From positions 398,474,001 to 398,538,000 of the forward strand of contig OZ024740.1 of NCBI GenBank assembly GCA_964016885.1: a stretch of DNA of 64,000 nt. The letters are read 5' to 3'. This document shows, one piece after another, positions 15,552 to 31,231 of this stretch. The notes under the pieces are model-generated. The model saw nothing but the letters and a program-made list of their open reading frames with translations. It had not been told where the DNA came from and did not search any database. Made by a program: the position numbers and the translations under genes. Position 1 is the stretch's first letter; each line of letters starts with the position of its first letter. The stretch is from Eledone cirrhosa. Its lineage: Eukaryota.

Positions 15552-17045
15552 TCCACTGTTGGCCCTCTAGTTGATGAAAATGGCACACTCCAAGATAATA
15601 CCAAAACCATGGGGGACATACTGCAGAAACAACACTGCTCTGTTTTCAGCAATCCTGATATGGCCGATCTGGGCCGTATCAGTGATGTTAATCCCCAACA
15701 CACTATATCAGACATAACGTTTGGCGCCCCTGATGTCTTAGCGGCAATAAACAAAATTAAACACAATTCAGCAGTAGGCCCCGATAGGTTCTCTGCTTGT
15801 GTCCTGAAGGTGTGTCGACACCAACTTGCATCTCCTCTTGCTAATTTTTGGAGGAACTCACTGGATGCTGGCTATATTCCCGAAAATCTTCTGTCCCAGT
15901 CTGTTGTCGCAGTTTTCAAAAAAGGAAAAAGTCCCTCGCAGTGAACTACCGCCCGATCTCACTCGCCTCTCATATCATCAAAGTATTTGAGAGGGTGGTG
16001 AGATCACGAATAACCCACTTTCTTGAAAGCAACAGACTGCTGAACTCAAACCAACATTGGTTCCGTAATGGAAGGGATTGCCTAACGCAGCTCCTGCATG
16101 ATGATTATTTCAGTAAAGTCTTTGACAGGGTTGATCTATTGAGAAAACTATCCAACATTGGTGTCTCTCGAAAGTTACTGCAATGGATCACGTGTTTTCT
16201 GACAGACAGAGCCCAACATGTTGTAGTCGAAGGAGTAAAATCAAGCCTAGCCAAAGTCAGTAGTGGCGTTCCGCAAGGTTCGGCCCACTTCTTTTCATAA
16301 TCTACAACAATGACATTACTTATATCATCAAGCACAGCAACTTAAGAATCTTTGCAGATGATTTCAAGCTCCAGAAGGTCATCAATGAAGTGGGTAACCG
16401 GGCATGCCTTCAGTCAAACCTACTGGCTGTTATCCAATGGGCGGAAAAGAACAATGTGCTGCATGGACCGCAGAATGTGTTCCTGGATTCACAGAACCTT
16501 CCAGACGAGAGATATCCACACTATTATCCTTCTCTTCGCCACTTTTGCCCGACCCCACCTTGAATACTGTTGTCCACTGTGGTCTCCCCACACGAAACAA
16601 AGTATCATGAAAACTGAAGCTCCTCAAAGTTCTCTCCAACGTCGCCGTGAGCGCTACATCATCTGCATGATGTGGAAAATATTCCATCAGCATTGCACAA
16701 ATGATGTTGGCATCACCTTTAAGGTACACCCAAGGCTTGGGCCCCGTGCTTATCCGCCCACAACAAAAATCACACTTGCATCTCGTAACAACAAATCGAC
16801 ACAATTATTTCACATCAATTGGCCCCGCTCTCTTTAACATTACACCAAAACACATTAAAACAGAAACAGACCCCATTAAGTTCAAGAAGTCTTTGGACAA
16901 ATTCCAAGAAATCCGGAATAAACCTCCTACACCCGTATATGTCTCCGTAAACAATAACTCTTTACTTGAGTGGGCCATGGTGTACAAATCCTGATTTGAA
17001 AGACTTCGCCAGATGGTGCTATTAAGTTGGACATGGCCTGGGCCA
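15552..17045 (+). pseudogene. CR1-group LINE RT, 5'-truncated and frameshifted; 3' end copy at 26572-26790
   Basis: SAVGPD, NYRPISLASHIIKVFERVV, FSKVFDRV, SGVPQGS, FADD, RPHLEYCCPLWSP. Confidence 0.88.
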
Positions 17046-17292
17046 TTTCGTATATCCGTTTACAAATGTAAAAGAAATATTTTATATAAATTAATTCCTG
17101 TACTTCATCACTCATATTAATACACATGTAGATATATTATGCCTGAGTTCTTTTAGTTTCAGCTCATTTTTGATATAGCAATGCAGTTGTTCTCAAGCTT
17201 ATTCTGGTGCAGAGCCCTTTCAATACATACATACATACATACATACATACATACATACATACATACATACATACATACATACATACATACAT

Positions 17293-17837
17293 GATGGCTG
17301 CCAACTCGTTTTCGAGTATGGCCACTACTTTATATCCATGTAGGAGAACCCTACTGATGCGCTGAACGAGTGTGACTTTTTAGTCCAGCCAGCGACGTGA
17401 AAACTCTGGTACAAACACTACACTTGTGACAATTATTGACACATAGTGCTGGGCCCATGGTACCATGTGATGACAAGTGCACAGAGATCTCCAGATATAA
17501 AGCAATGCCTGTGCCGTGAAGCTTTTATAGTGAGCAAAGGCACTGCACAGAGCCAGTCCCACTCTCTTAACCAAGATGATATTTACCAAAAAGAAGAACA
17601 AGTCAACATCATTGGATACCATCAGGGTTGCAGGTGTTATATCAGAGTTTTCCTTCTCCTAGAATTCTGCCTTGACAAAGGCGAAGGGGTCATCTCTCCC
17701 GGTGATTTTGGATGGCCATTGACTCTAAGAGCTCCTTTGCCCTTTGACAGGTTTTGTTTTTAGTCCTGCAGGATGTCCAAAGTCACCCTCCTCACCAAGA
17801 AACCTTGGTGGGGTTGCCAGTTTAGTCGCCAACGACT
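17293..17837 (-). mobile_element. RTE-derived non-autonomous element (5'UTR, last C2H2 finger, 3'UTR) in (TACA)n
   Basis: RTE-like 5'UTR AGGAGAAGGAAAACTCTGA; residual finger reading [21 protein letters not shown]; 3' hairpin CTCGAAAACGAG homologous to the RTE end at 22328-22368. Confidence 0.75.
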
Positions 17838-17904
17838 ACATACATACATACATACATACATACATACATACATACATACATACATACATACATACATACA
17901 TACA

Positions 17905-17935
<31 letters not shown>

Positions 17936-18402
17936 TGTAAAATTCAAAAATACACACACAGATAAACACATAGTATACATGACACACACACCCCTTAAAT
18001 GTTAAAAAATTAAATGCATAATGGTTTGTCCCAAACACATAAGCTAATATATTAAGTCTGAAATTTACCTATTTCAAATTCGTATTTGTCCATTAAGCGA
18101 TCATTTTCTTTTCTTAAAAAAATAAAAACTCATCTACGTAACTCCTAAAATCAACAACGGTTGACTAACTTTACAATGCTTTCAAATGGAAAGATATGCC
18201 CGACTAAAGTAATAGAGAAGTGAACAAATTTCCATGCTCTTGTTACGGAAGAGTTTTACCAAAAGACTTGTATAGCAAAGTTTCAATTTAAATATATTAT
18301 TTTGCTGAATTTTATTAGGCAAGCCTACTTTTTATACCTATCTCACTCGATAAATTATTATAAAGTAACGCAAGCTGCTATAATTTAGCATAAAAATAAA
18401 AT

Positions 18403-18592
18403 AATTGTTTCTACTTTTGGCACAAGGCCAGCAATTACCCAGTGCATTACTGGTACTTTATTTTATCGACCCCGTAAAGATGAAAGGCAAAGTTAACCTC
18501 GGCTAGATTTGAACTCAGAATGGCAAGGGCCGTAACTCTATACGTCAAAGCATGGCGTCCGACGCTCTACCGAAACTGCCAATCCACCGATA
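18403..18592 (-). mobile_element. tRNA-derived Meta-domain-type SINE; copies 18770-18952 (+), 29171-29350, 32221-32437, 44455-44570, 44590-44778, 60198-60380 (+), 60770-60953
   Basis: GAGTTCAAATC B box; GCCTTTCATCCTT.CGGGGTCGATAAAATAAAGTACCAG core; the 32221 copy has a 20-bp TSD AACAATTATTAATAAACAAT. Confidence 0.85.
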
Positions 18593-19239
18593 ATAATGGA
18601 TGTAAATAAATTCTAGCGTGCATGTTAATCGTGATATCGTTATCTTTCAAGGTTTTAGTAAATTCTTAATTATTACATAGAAAGGTTTTTGAGACAGAAG
18701 GATAAATTTAAACAATGTCAACTTGGGTAAATCTAGAGTTATATTTGTTGTTGATATATTAAAATCAAAGTGGGTGCTAGATTGGCAGAACTGATAGAGC
18801 GTCAGCTAAAATGCCATTGCGGTGCTTGTTCTGCCTCTTTATATTCTGAGTTCAAATCCTGCCGATGTCAATCTTGTCTCTGATTTTTCTGAGGTTGCGC
18901 AACTTTACCTATCCCCCAAATTTGCTGGCTTTGTGCCTAAATAAGAAATCAATACTTTTTTTTTTTTTTAATCAATTAATGATAGTGTTACTATTATTTT
19001 AGACTAGTAGCTTTCCTAATGATGATATTGAATTAACACTATCTTGCTGAGTAATCTAATTGGATTTAGTTGGATAAATTAACTTACATTTAATGTTAGA
19101 TGTACAATTATCTTTGTGGCCCTTTCACGTTTAGCAAGCACTTCTAGTGTACTGCCTAGTTTGGGCGATATTGTTATATTTTTCACTACACTGTTCTATG
19201 TTTGTGTGCTCGTGTTCATGTAGATATAGTAAGATACAC

Positions 19240-19274
<35 letters not shown>

Positions 19275-19297
19275 ATGTATATATATATGTGTGTGTG

Positions 19298-19347
<50 letters not shown>

Positions 19348-19482
19348 CCCTTACTACTTCCGTTTTCTCTCGTCTCTGCCTCTTTTCGCCTACTCCCGCC
19401 GAGGTTAGACTTGTTTTTCTTCGCTCTCCCTATCTCGCTGTCAATAAGGCCTCGGACTGATGTTCAGCCGCCGGTTTGACTT

Positions 19483-19514
<32 letters not shown>

Positions 19515-20642
19515 CTCTCTCTCTCTCTCTCTTTCCCGGTTACTTACATACATGTGCTTCTCCTCGTGTTCTCATACCCTTTATCGGTCTCTTCTCTGCG
19601 TTTTTTCCTCTTTTTTTCCCTTCTGTTTAATTTATTTTTTCTCTCTCCTTTTTTCCTTCCCCAATAACTTACAAAAGTTATTGATGCACTGCAGATAGAC
19701 ATATTGTCTTTAATGCGTTGAAATGTTCGAGACCTCCAGCAGACAATTGAAGAGGTGACCTGTTCTTTGTTTGTGCTTTCCTTTTATTTCTAAATACACT
19801 TTATCAAGTAACCACACAACCCCTCGTTCCTTCTCAGCGTGGCTGAGTGGTAAGAGAATTGGATTCGCAATCGTGAAGTTGTGAATTCGATTCCTGGACC
19901 GGGTGACGCATTATGTCCTTGAGCAAGACACTTTATTTCCTTCTACTTGGAGTTGCGACCGATAGACTGTATTAGCAATTGGAAAGACCAACGGAAACAT
20001 TGTTACCTCGGTCCGATTTGACGAAAGTCGATCGACTGTCGTTATATATGAATTGAAGGACTGACAATAATCACAATGAGTTAGATGATAGATTCAATGA
20101 ACTGGAAATATTTAAATAGCGTCGTGGGAAAAATGGCGAGAAATCTGTAACATATTGTCGACTTTTTATAACAATAGAAAAACATTATAGATCATTGGAT
20201 CACTATAGTTCTATTATCACTTTAAAGGCAACAGATGTCCAATTTCAATCACTGTTCTATAAAAATATACACACCTATTTGATTTATGTATGTATGTGTA
20301 TGTATATATATATATATATATATATGTATGCGTGTGTGTATGTGTGTGCACATACATACAAGTATGTATGTGTGTGTGCACATACATACACGTATATATA
20401 TATATATATATAAAGAGAGTAGCTACTAAGAGAAATCTCACTAATATAATAAATGTATAGTATTCTCTTCTTTTATACTGATCATTTCTTTCTCGCGCAT
20501 ATATATATATATAATTATCTTTATCCTATATATATATGTGTGTGTGCATGTGTGTGTGTGTGATAAAAATCTCATAAACCATGCGACGTGCCTGGGGAAC
20601 ATTTAAACCTGGCGGAGCTCAGCCCTCTCTAGGTATATACAT

Positions 20643-20713
<71 letters not shown>

Positions 20714-20716
<3 letters not shown>

Positions 20717-21331
20717 TGGCTGCCAACTCGTTTTCGAGTACGGCCACTACTTTATATCCATGTAGGAGAACCCCTACTGATGCGCTGAACGAGTGTGACA
20801 TTTTAGTCCAGCCAGCGACTTGAAAACTCTGGTACAAACACTACACTTGTGACAATTATTGACAGATAGTGCTGGGCCCATGGTACCATGTGATGACAAG
20901 TGTAGAGAGATCTCCAGATATAAAGCAATGCCTGTGCCGTGAAGCTTTTATAGTGAGCAAAGGCACTGCACAAAGCCAGTCCCACTCTCTTAACCAAGTT
21001 GATATTTACCAAAAAGAAGAACAAGTCAACATCATTGGATACCATCAGGGTTGCAGGTGTTATATCAGAGTTTTCCTTCTCCTAGAATTCTGCCTTGACA
21101 AAGGCTAAGGGGTCATCTCTCCAGGTGATTTTGGAAGGCTATTGACTCTTAAGATCTCCTTTGCCCTTTGACAGGTTTTGTTTTTAGTCCTGCAGGATGT
21201 CCAAAGTCACCCTCCTCACCAAGAAATCTTGGTGGGGTTGCCAGTTTAGTCGCCAACGACCCGACCCGACCATGAAACATACATACATACATACATACAT
21301 ATATACATACATACATACATACATACATACA

Positions 21332-21417
<86 letters not shown>

Positions 21418-21919
21418 CATAGATACATGGTGGCTGCCAACTCGTTTTCGAGTACGGCCACTACTTTTTATCCATGTAGGAGAACCCCTACTGATGCGCT
21501 GAACGAGTGTGACTTTTTAGTCCAGCCAGCGACTTGAAAACTCTGGTACAAACACTACACTTGTGACAATTATTGACACATAGTGCTGGGCCCATGGTAC
21601 CATGTGATGACAAGTGCACAGAGATCTCCAGATATAAAGCAATGCCTGTGCCGTGAAGCTTTTATAGTGAGCAAAGGCACTGCACAGAGCCAGTCCCACT
21701 CTCTTAACCAAGATGATATTTACCAAAAAGAAGAACAAGTCAACATCATTGGATACCATCAGGGTTGCAGGTGTTATATCAGAGTTTTCCTTCTCCTAGA
21801 ATTCTGCCTTGACAAAGGCTAAGGGGTCATCTCTCCCGGTGATTTTGAATGGCCATACATACATAGATACATATATACATACGTACATACATACATACAT
21901 ACATACATACATACATACA

Positions 21920-21951
<32 letters not shown>

Positions 21952-22190
21952 CATGGTCGCTGCCAACTCGTTTTCGAGTACGGCCATTACTTTATATCCA
22001 TGTAGGAGAACCCCTACCGATGCGCTGAACGAGTGTGACTTTTTAGTCCAGCCAGCGACTTGAAAACTCTGGTACAAACACTACACTTGTGACAATTATT
22101 GACACATAGTGCTGGGCCCATGGTACCATGTGACGACAAGTGCAGAGAGGTCTCCAGGTATAAAGCAGTGCCTGTGCCGTGAAGCTTTTA
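20714..22190 (-). mobile_element. Head-to-tail cluster of three RTE-derived non-autonomous copies separated by (TACA)n
   Basis: Copies 20714-21272, 21427-21855 and 21953-22190, near-identical to 17293-17837. Confidence 0.85.
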
Positions 22191-22225
22191 TACATACATA
22201 CATACATACATACATACATACATTC

Positions 22226-22314
<89 letters not shown>

Positions 22315-22327
22315 TACATACATATAT

Positions 22328-23047
22328 AATGGCTGCCCCCTCATTATTGAGTATGGCCATTGCACGAGAAAAAAACAAAACATAATAACAATAATAATAA
22401 TAATAACGACAACAACAACAATAATAATATACATATATATATACACACACACAGACGCACGCACATAAACATATCTATACACACATACACGATAGCAATT
22501 AACAGCGCTGCGATCGAATGTGGCTTTTTAGCCCAGCCAATGATCTAAAATGTCTTGCACAGAGTCGGCAACCAAAACATTCACTGGGAATAGCCGGCTG
22601 TGGTTGGAGTTCATGTACTTTTGCATGTCGCTTGAGCCCTCCTGCTGATTTACATTCTCTACCACATGTTTGGCAAGCATGATGAGTAGCATCTCCAACA
22701 GCAGCCTGGTAGTCAACCACTGGTCTTACTTTATGACTGCGAAGATGACTTTCGAGTCGAGCTTTGCTTAGGCAGAGTCTCGCACAGACGCTGCATGTCA
22801 GCACCATGGGAGGACCCTCGCCGTCTGGAAGTGCAACAGCAATGCCCTTCCTCACATCCCGCTTTACTTTTTCGTATGCGATTCGAGATGCCTCAAAGGC
22901 AACTTTTCCCTCATATACAGTCTTTCTCCATTTATTACGATCAGCAGCAATATTTTCCCATGTATCAGCAGAGATGTTAGCGTCTTTCAAAGAGGCTTTC
23001 AAGGAATCCTTATACCTCTTTTTTGGTTTATGTGGCGGTCGTTTTCC

Positions 23048-23050
<3 letters not shown>
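22328..23050 (-). pseudogene. RTE (BovB-like) LINE C-terminus with three C2H2 fingers and 3'UTR interrupted by microsatellite
   Basis: [32 protein letters not shown]; CSVC..H..H, CQTC..H..H and CRLC..H; solo 3' ends at 23238-23282 and 33345-33385. Confidence 0.85.
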
Positions 23051-23090
<40 letters not shown>

Positions 23091-23342
23091 GCATGTACAT
23101 ACATATATACACATACTTATATACATACATACATACACATACATATATATATACATACACATACATATATATATACATACATACACATACATATACATAT
23201 ACATACATACATACACATACATATATATATATATATATGATGGCTGCCCCCTCGTTATTGAGTATGGCCATTGCACGAGATTAAAAAAAAAATATATATA
23301 TACATATATATATACATATACACATATATATATATACATATA

Positions 23343-23416
<74 letters not shown>

Positions 23417-23516
23417 CATATATGTATATATACATATATATATATATACATATACATATATATAGCGCTAGTTTGTGATTTAAATTCAGGAATTTTATAT
23501 TCTTTGAATGAAAAGA

Positions 23517-23600
23517 ACCTTCTGACGAGAATCTCTCTTTGCAACGAAGGCCGTATGGTCTCCGTTTTATTTTTGGGATTCGAAACCGATCGGTAAAGGT
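23517..23600 (+). ncRNA. Canonical-core type I hammerhead in a (TA)n-flanked insert (23465-23672)
   Basis: ACCTT-CTGACGA-GAATCTC..GGGATTC-GAAA-CCGATCGG-TA-AAGGT. Confidence 0.88.
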
Positions 23601-23967
23601 AACTATAGTAGGTAAAGTCAATTTTTTAAAATTTATTTTGAAACTTTTTCATTATTTACTAAACCTTGTTTATATACATATACATATATATATATGAAGG
23701 CGTGTGGCTGAGTGGTTAGAGAATTGTATTCGCAATCGTAAGGTTGTGAGTTCGATTCCTGGACCAGGCGATGCGTTATGTCCTTGAGCAAGACACTTTA
23801 TTTCACGTTGCTCCTTCTACCTGGAGTTGCGACCGATAGATAGTATTAGCAATTGGAAAGACCAACGGAAACATTGTTCCCTCGGTCCGATTTGACAACA
23901 AAGTCGATCGTTCCATTTTATATATATATATATATACGTATATATATATATACATATACATATATAT

Positions 23968-25822
23968 AGTAATAATAATAAAATTGAAGACTAAAATCCA
24001 AAGAGGGCTCGATAAGGAAAATATATATCAAATATATAAGAACCGTAGAGCAAATATTTATTAAAATAACAGATTAAAGTTTAAGCAAAGAATCGCTGCT
24101 TTCACCCTTAACGGGATCTTCTGAAACTAACAAAGTCAATCTGTAAACGCAGAACTGGATATTTCAAAAAACGTTGCAACCGGAGGAAGACAGGAGGACG
24201 ATACTTTGGTTCGTGGTAATGTTCGCTGGCAAAGAACGGGAAAAAACGAATTATACGTCATTAATAGGAGCGGTGAAAAACAATTACGCGCAAAGACAAA
24301 ACCACGTTTATGGTATAAAAGAGGTCGTAGACTAATGTTCTCTTAGGTGGTGCATAGAGACGTTCTCTGGCAATGAACGAAAAAACGAAGATAATAAGTC
24401 ATATGTGGAGCGTGGAGAACAATAGCACGCAAAGACAAAACCACGTAAATGGTATAGCAGAAATCGTAGACTAAAATTCTAACTAGGAGACCAAATGAAT
24501 CTCCGCTACAGAGTTAAGAATAAAGTAAATAAATACAATACAGAAGTAATAGGAGGTTACCCTCTAAGAAGGAATATGACGTCACTTTCAGCTTATATCT
24601 GGAGTCTAAAAGACAACCACACCCAATATAAGTTACACTGGGTAATTTTTATTTTAATAATTTAGATTTAATTTTTATTTTTAATAAATTTAATATTATT
24701 AATTATTTTATTAATTTTTTTATTTTAATTTTATTTTAATTTTTTTAATTTTATTTATATTTTTTTAATTATTTTATTTTATTATTTGTTTATATTTATT
24801 TAATATTTTTATTTTTATTTTTTAATTTTTATTTATATATTATTATATAATTTATGTTTTTATTTTTATTATTTTATATTTTTTATTTTTTTTATTAATT
24901 TTTTTATTTTATTAATTTTTTTTTTAATTTTAATTTTTTTTTTAATTTTTTTTTTTTATTTATTTATATTTTGTAACTGTGTTAATTTTTACATATTCTG
25001 GTATTTAGGGTTTGGCTATGTGTATACGGGAGTTTTGCGTCCGCGTGAGTGTGCCGGTTCGTACGTATGGTGGGTGTGTGTATATGTGTACTTCTTGTTC
25101 TAGTTGACTTACGTCTCCGAACATTCGTGTATTTATATGTAGGTATGCGTGTGCGCTTGTTATATACGTATTTATTTACTTATATACGTTTATATAATTA
25201 TTTATTTATTTGTACACAAGCATACACACACACACATTTTTATATGTGCGTGGTTTTGTATACCCTTGGTAAGGTTTTGCGTATGCTTGTGTATGTACGT
25301 ATCTGTTTGCGTGTATGTATTTATTTGTTCCTATTACTTCTGTATTGTATTTATTTACTTTGTTCTTAACTCTGTAGCGGAGATTCATTTGGTCTCCTAG
25401 TTAGAATTTTAGTCTACGATTTCTGTTATACCATTTACGTGGTTTTGTCTTTGCGTGCTATTGTTCTCCACGCTCCACATATGACTTATTATCTTCGTTT
25501 TTTCGTTCATTGCCAGAGAACGTCTCTATGCACCACCTAAGAGAACATTAGTCTACGACCTCTTTTATACCATAAACGTGGTTTTGTCTTTGCGCGTAAT
25601 TGTTTTTCGCCGCTCCTATTAATGACATATAATTCGTTTTTTCCCGTTCTTTGCCAGCGAACGTTACCACGAACCAAAGTATCGTCTTCCTGTCTTCCTC
25701 CGGTTGCAACGTTTTTTGAAATATCCAGTTCTGCGTTTACAGATTGACTTTGCTAGTTTCAGAAGATCCCGTTAAGGGTGAAAGCAGCGATTCTTTGCTT
25801 AAACTTTAATCTGTTATTTTAA

Positions 25823-25828
<6 letters not shown>
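23968..25828. mobile_element. PLE family C fold-back: about 495-bp inverted arms around an EN fragment and 3'UTR; HHRs at 24069-24144 (-) and 25739-25814 (+)
   Basis: 24055-24552 mirrors 25330-25828; 24575-24648 encodes MTSLSAYIWSLKDNHTQYKLHWVI; copies at 47155-47405 and 58545-58597. Confidence 0.82.
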
Positions 25829-25856
<28 letters not shown>

Positions 25857-25946
25857 TATACATATATATATACACACATAGATACATACATATATACTTA
25901 CATACACACATACACATATACATACATACATACATACATACATACA

Positions 25947-26022
<76 letters not shown>

Positions 26023-26160
26023 TAAAAGGAATTCCAACTTTGTCTGATTTACTCGTTTTATTTACAATCCTTTAAAATTATAATGATATTATAATGAAAT
26101 AGTATGGTAGAATATTAAATGTTAAGTGTTAATTGAACTATATACATATATATATAGTGA

Positions 26161-26228
<68 letters not shown>

Positions 26229-26438
26229 GGAAAAAATGAAACGAAATTTCATTTCTCACTCTTAGTACGGCTGTTACTTAAATATAAGTATGTATACGTA
26301 CATACATATATGTATACAGACGTACAGTAGTATGTATATATATATACATACATGCACACATATATATATATACGTATGGATTCACCGAACATTTATTATA
26401 ATGCTCGGTGTGTTTGTAATTCTACATACGTATACATA

Positions 26439-26495
<57 letters not shown>

Positions 26496-26789
26496 GATGG
26501 CTGCAAATTCTGCTAAGATTATTCCAATCGCAATTGTCAGATTATAGAGTTTGGTACAGTTTTAGGCTATGGCAAACACATTAAAACCGTAACAGACCCC
26601 ATAAAATTCAAGAAGACTTTCGACAAATTCCCTCAAGATATCCTGAATAAACCTCATACCTTCGTAAACAATAACCCTCTACTTGAGTGGGCCATGGTGC
26701 CCAAATCCTGATTTGAAAGACTTCGCCTGGTGGTGCTATAAAGTTAGACATGGCCTGGGCCAATACTGGCCGAAACCTATCAAAGATAA

Positions 26790-27925
26790 AAAAAACCCAC
26801 CCACACATCCACATTCTACTACCCCACCACTAATAATACTAACCCCCCCCCCCCCAACCAACCTTCCGCCTCACAACGCACACACAAACACACACCAGTA
26901 TATTACACTCACTCATACAGTACCCACCACCTTCTCTTCCCCCGTATTACTAACCCCCCCCCACACACACACACACACATCCTACTAACACCTCCACTAA
27001 TATAACTAATATAATAACAACCCCCCTACGCACACCGCCACCCTCTCCTTCAACTTTTCACACTGACCCACCTCCTCTCCCATCCACCGCACCTCCGCAT
27101 ACCCTTTGACTCCTCTTCTCCCTTCTTCCTCCCTCGCACACTTCGCCCTGCCTTCTCCACCGCCTGCCTTGACCTTCTTGACCACTTCCTGTTGTGCGCG
27201 CCCCACAACTTTCTACTTCTTTCTCACCAATTCCACGGATCCTACACCGCTGGTCACGAGATAATATCCGGATTTTCACCATCCGTCCACACATTCACCG
27301 AGAAACCATTCAGGAACACACAAACACTGACACCATTTTCGCACACGCACAACCATACATTCCCACGTATCCACACCACACAAAAACACACACACGCGCG
27401 TGCGTATCCTCATATACACCCACTCTGCCTCCGGACTCCGCACGCTCCTTCTCCCCACCCCTTCCGACCCCCTCTCCAACCACACACACACACACACACA
27501 GACTTACACCCCACCCCATGTACACACTGGCTTTCCTATAACCCGAACATGGAACCCCGTTCTCCCCCAAACTCTCACACTCACATCCACGCATACACAC
27601 ACACGTACACTAACACACACACCACCTTCCGCCCTCCCCGTTCGGACCCAATTTCCGTCTCCCCTCTCCCTCCATCCATCCACCCACCACCACCTCCACA
27701 CGCCTCACACCCTTTCACCACTTGTTTTCAACTTATTGTCCCACTCGTGTAATTTTTTTCCCTTTATTTTAATGTTTTTCCACCACTCCCCCCTGACACC
27801 CTCTCGGAACAACTCTCCTTCCCACCAGTCTTCTGGTGAAGGGCTTATGTCCGAAACGTCGCCCTCCAACCCCACTCTCAAGCGAGAACCTAATATCTGT
27901 ACTCCTTATTGTTGTTATTTACTTT

Positions 27926-27930
<5 letters not shown>
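26790..27930 (+). mobile_element. C-rich PLE-like 3' region with minimal HHR variant at 27833-27860
   Basis: CTGGTGAA-GGGC-TTAT-GTCC-GAAACGTC; tail CAAGCG.GAAC.TAATA shared with 5551-5622, 47643-47705, 49370-49450 and 55210-55280. Confidence 0.55.
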
Positions 27931-27954
<24 letters not shown>

Positions 27955-27956
<2 letters not shown>

Positions 27957-28170
27957 GAAGTGGTTACACAACAGTTACTTCACCATACCAAGAACAATTG
28001 TTTTACCTTAGCGGATCCTCAGCTCGTAATGGACCGGTGAGGATCCGCTAAGGTGAAACAATTGTTCTCGGTATGGTGAACTAACTGTTGTGTAACCACT
28101 TCTACCTAACTCGTCCCATGGACTTAGTGCTCTACCACTACGGATATTACCTTCCAGTGTTCTACCACTA
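27955..28170 (+). mobile_element. Fold-back element with minimal HHR
   Basis: Arms 27955-28021 and 28038-28104; consensus CGAG-CTGAGGA-TCC..GGT-GAAA-CAATTG-TT-CTCG. Confidence 0.75.
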
Positions 28171-28342
28171 TATATATATGGAAAAAATGAAACGTATACA
28201 TTCTTATATTTATATATATATATATATACATTATATATATAACTTTATATATTATATATATAACTTTATATATATATATATAACTTTGTATATATATAAC
28301 TTTAACTTTATATATATATAAATATAACTTTATATATATATA

Positions 28343-29838
<1,496 letters not shown>

Positions 29839-29915
29839 TTATATATATATATATAACTTTATATATATATATATAACTTTATCTATATATATATAACTTT
29901 ATATATATATATATA

Positions 29916-30123
<208 letters not shown>

Positions 30124-30312
30124 ATATATATGGCAAATAAGAATGTTTTGAAACAGTGAGCAGGTTTGAAATTAGAAAATAGAATAGCTTTCACCGTATT
30201 TTTGACTAAAGAAATTTTAGCCTGATAATGGGGTTTAGAACCCTCAGATAAATGGAAAAAGATGAGTATTGACGTACATGGGAGTCGAACCCACATTTTG
30301 GTTATCCAGACC

Positions 30313-30343
<31 letters not shown>

Positions 30344-30600
30344 ACTTTATATATATATATCTAAATACTTGCATACACGCGTGCATGAATATGTAAATGT
30401 ACGGCCGTTAGATTAATAGAATCACTAGAAAGTCGGGAGGTATACCTTGCAGTATTCAGTTGCTTTCTGGGTTCGAATGTAAACGAAATGCAGTTTATCT
30501 TTCATATTTTTACTGGGAGTCAATACAATATTATCAGCCGATTGCTGGGATCGATATAGACATCTGTTCCCCTCCCTCCAATGTTAAAAATCTTTATATA

Positions 30601-30930
30601 CTCTCGGGTCCCAAATAATAGGGACGATTGAACATTTGCTTAAATTCTTATAAGAGGGGGGAATAAACGAGGGAGGAGGGTCGGTAATTGTATAGAGTAC
30701 ATTCGTAAATATGGGAGGTCTTATAATTTTCTTTTTTTTTGTCATATATATCAATATATCTATATATATCGATCGACTTTCGTCAAATTGGACCGAGGAA
30801 ACAATGTTTCCGTTGGTCTTTCCAATTGCTAATACTATCTATCGGTTGCAACTCCAGGTAGAAGAGGCAACGTGAAAAAATCTGACAAATTGATAAGCGG
30901 GGGTGGGGACGATTATTCAAGTCGTGAGAG
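30601..30930. mobile_element. Tc1/pogo-like MITE with nested SINE fragment
   Basis: TA|CTCTC..AATAAT and ATTATT..GAGAG|TA imperfect TIRs. Confidence 0.45.
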
Positions 30931-31231
30931 TATAGCACGTTGCTAGTAAAACCACTACTAACTATACTTATCTAGATATTTAACTTCGGATAATAAAAAC
31001 AACGTCTGTCCATCTCTCTGTCTGTCTGTCCCTCTATCTATCTATCTACCTATATATCTATCAATATATCTAGCTAGTTAGCTATCTATCAATACATTTA
31101 TCTATCTGTCTGTCGGTCTATTTATTTATTTATTGATATATCGATCTATATATATATCGATCTACCAACCTATCTATCTATCTATCTAACTAACTAACTG
31201 TCTATCTAATTACCTACTTATCTATCTGCAT

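Noticed and set aside
22499-23002. Host C2H2 zinc-finger gene
   Set aside because: Contiguous with RTE C-terminal motifs and the RTE 3' hairpin.
23696-23770. tRNA genes at SINE heads
   Set aside because: A and B boxes run into SINE core and tail; no full cloverleaf.
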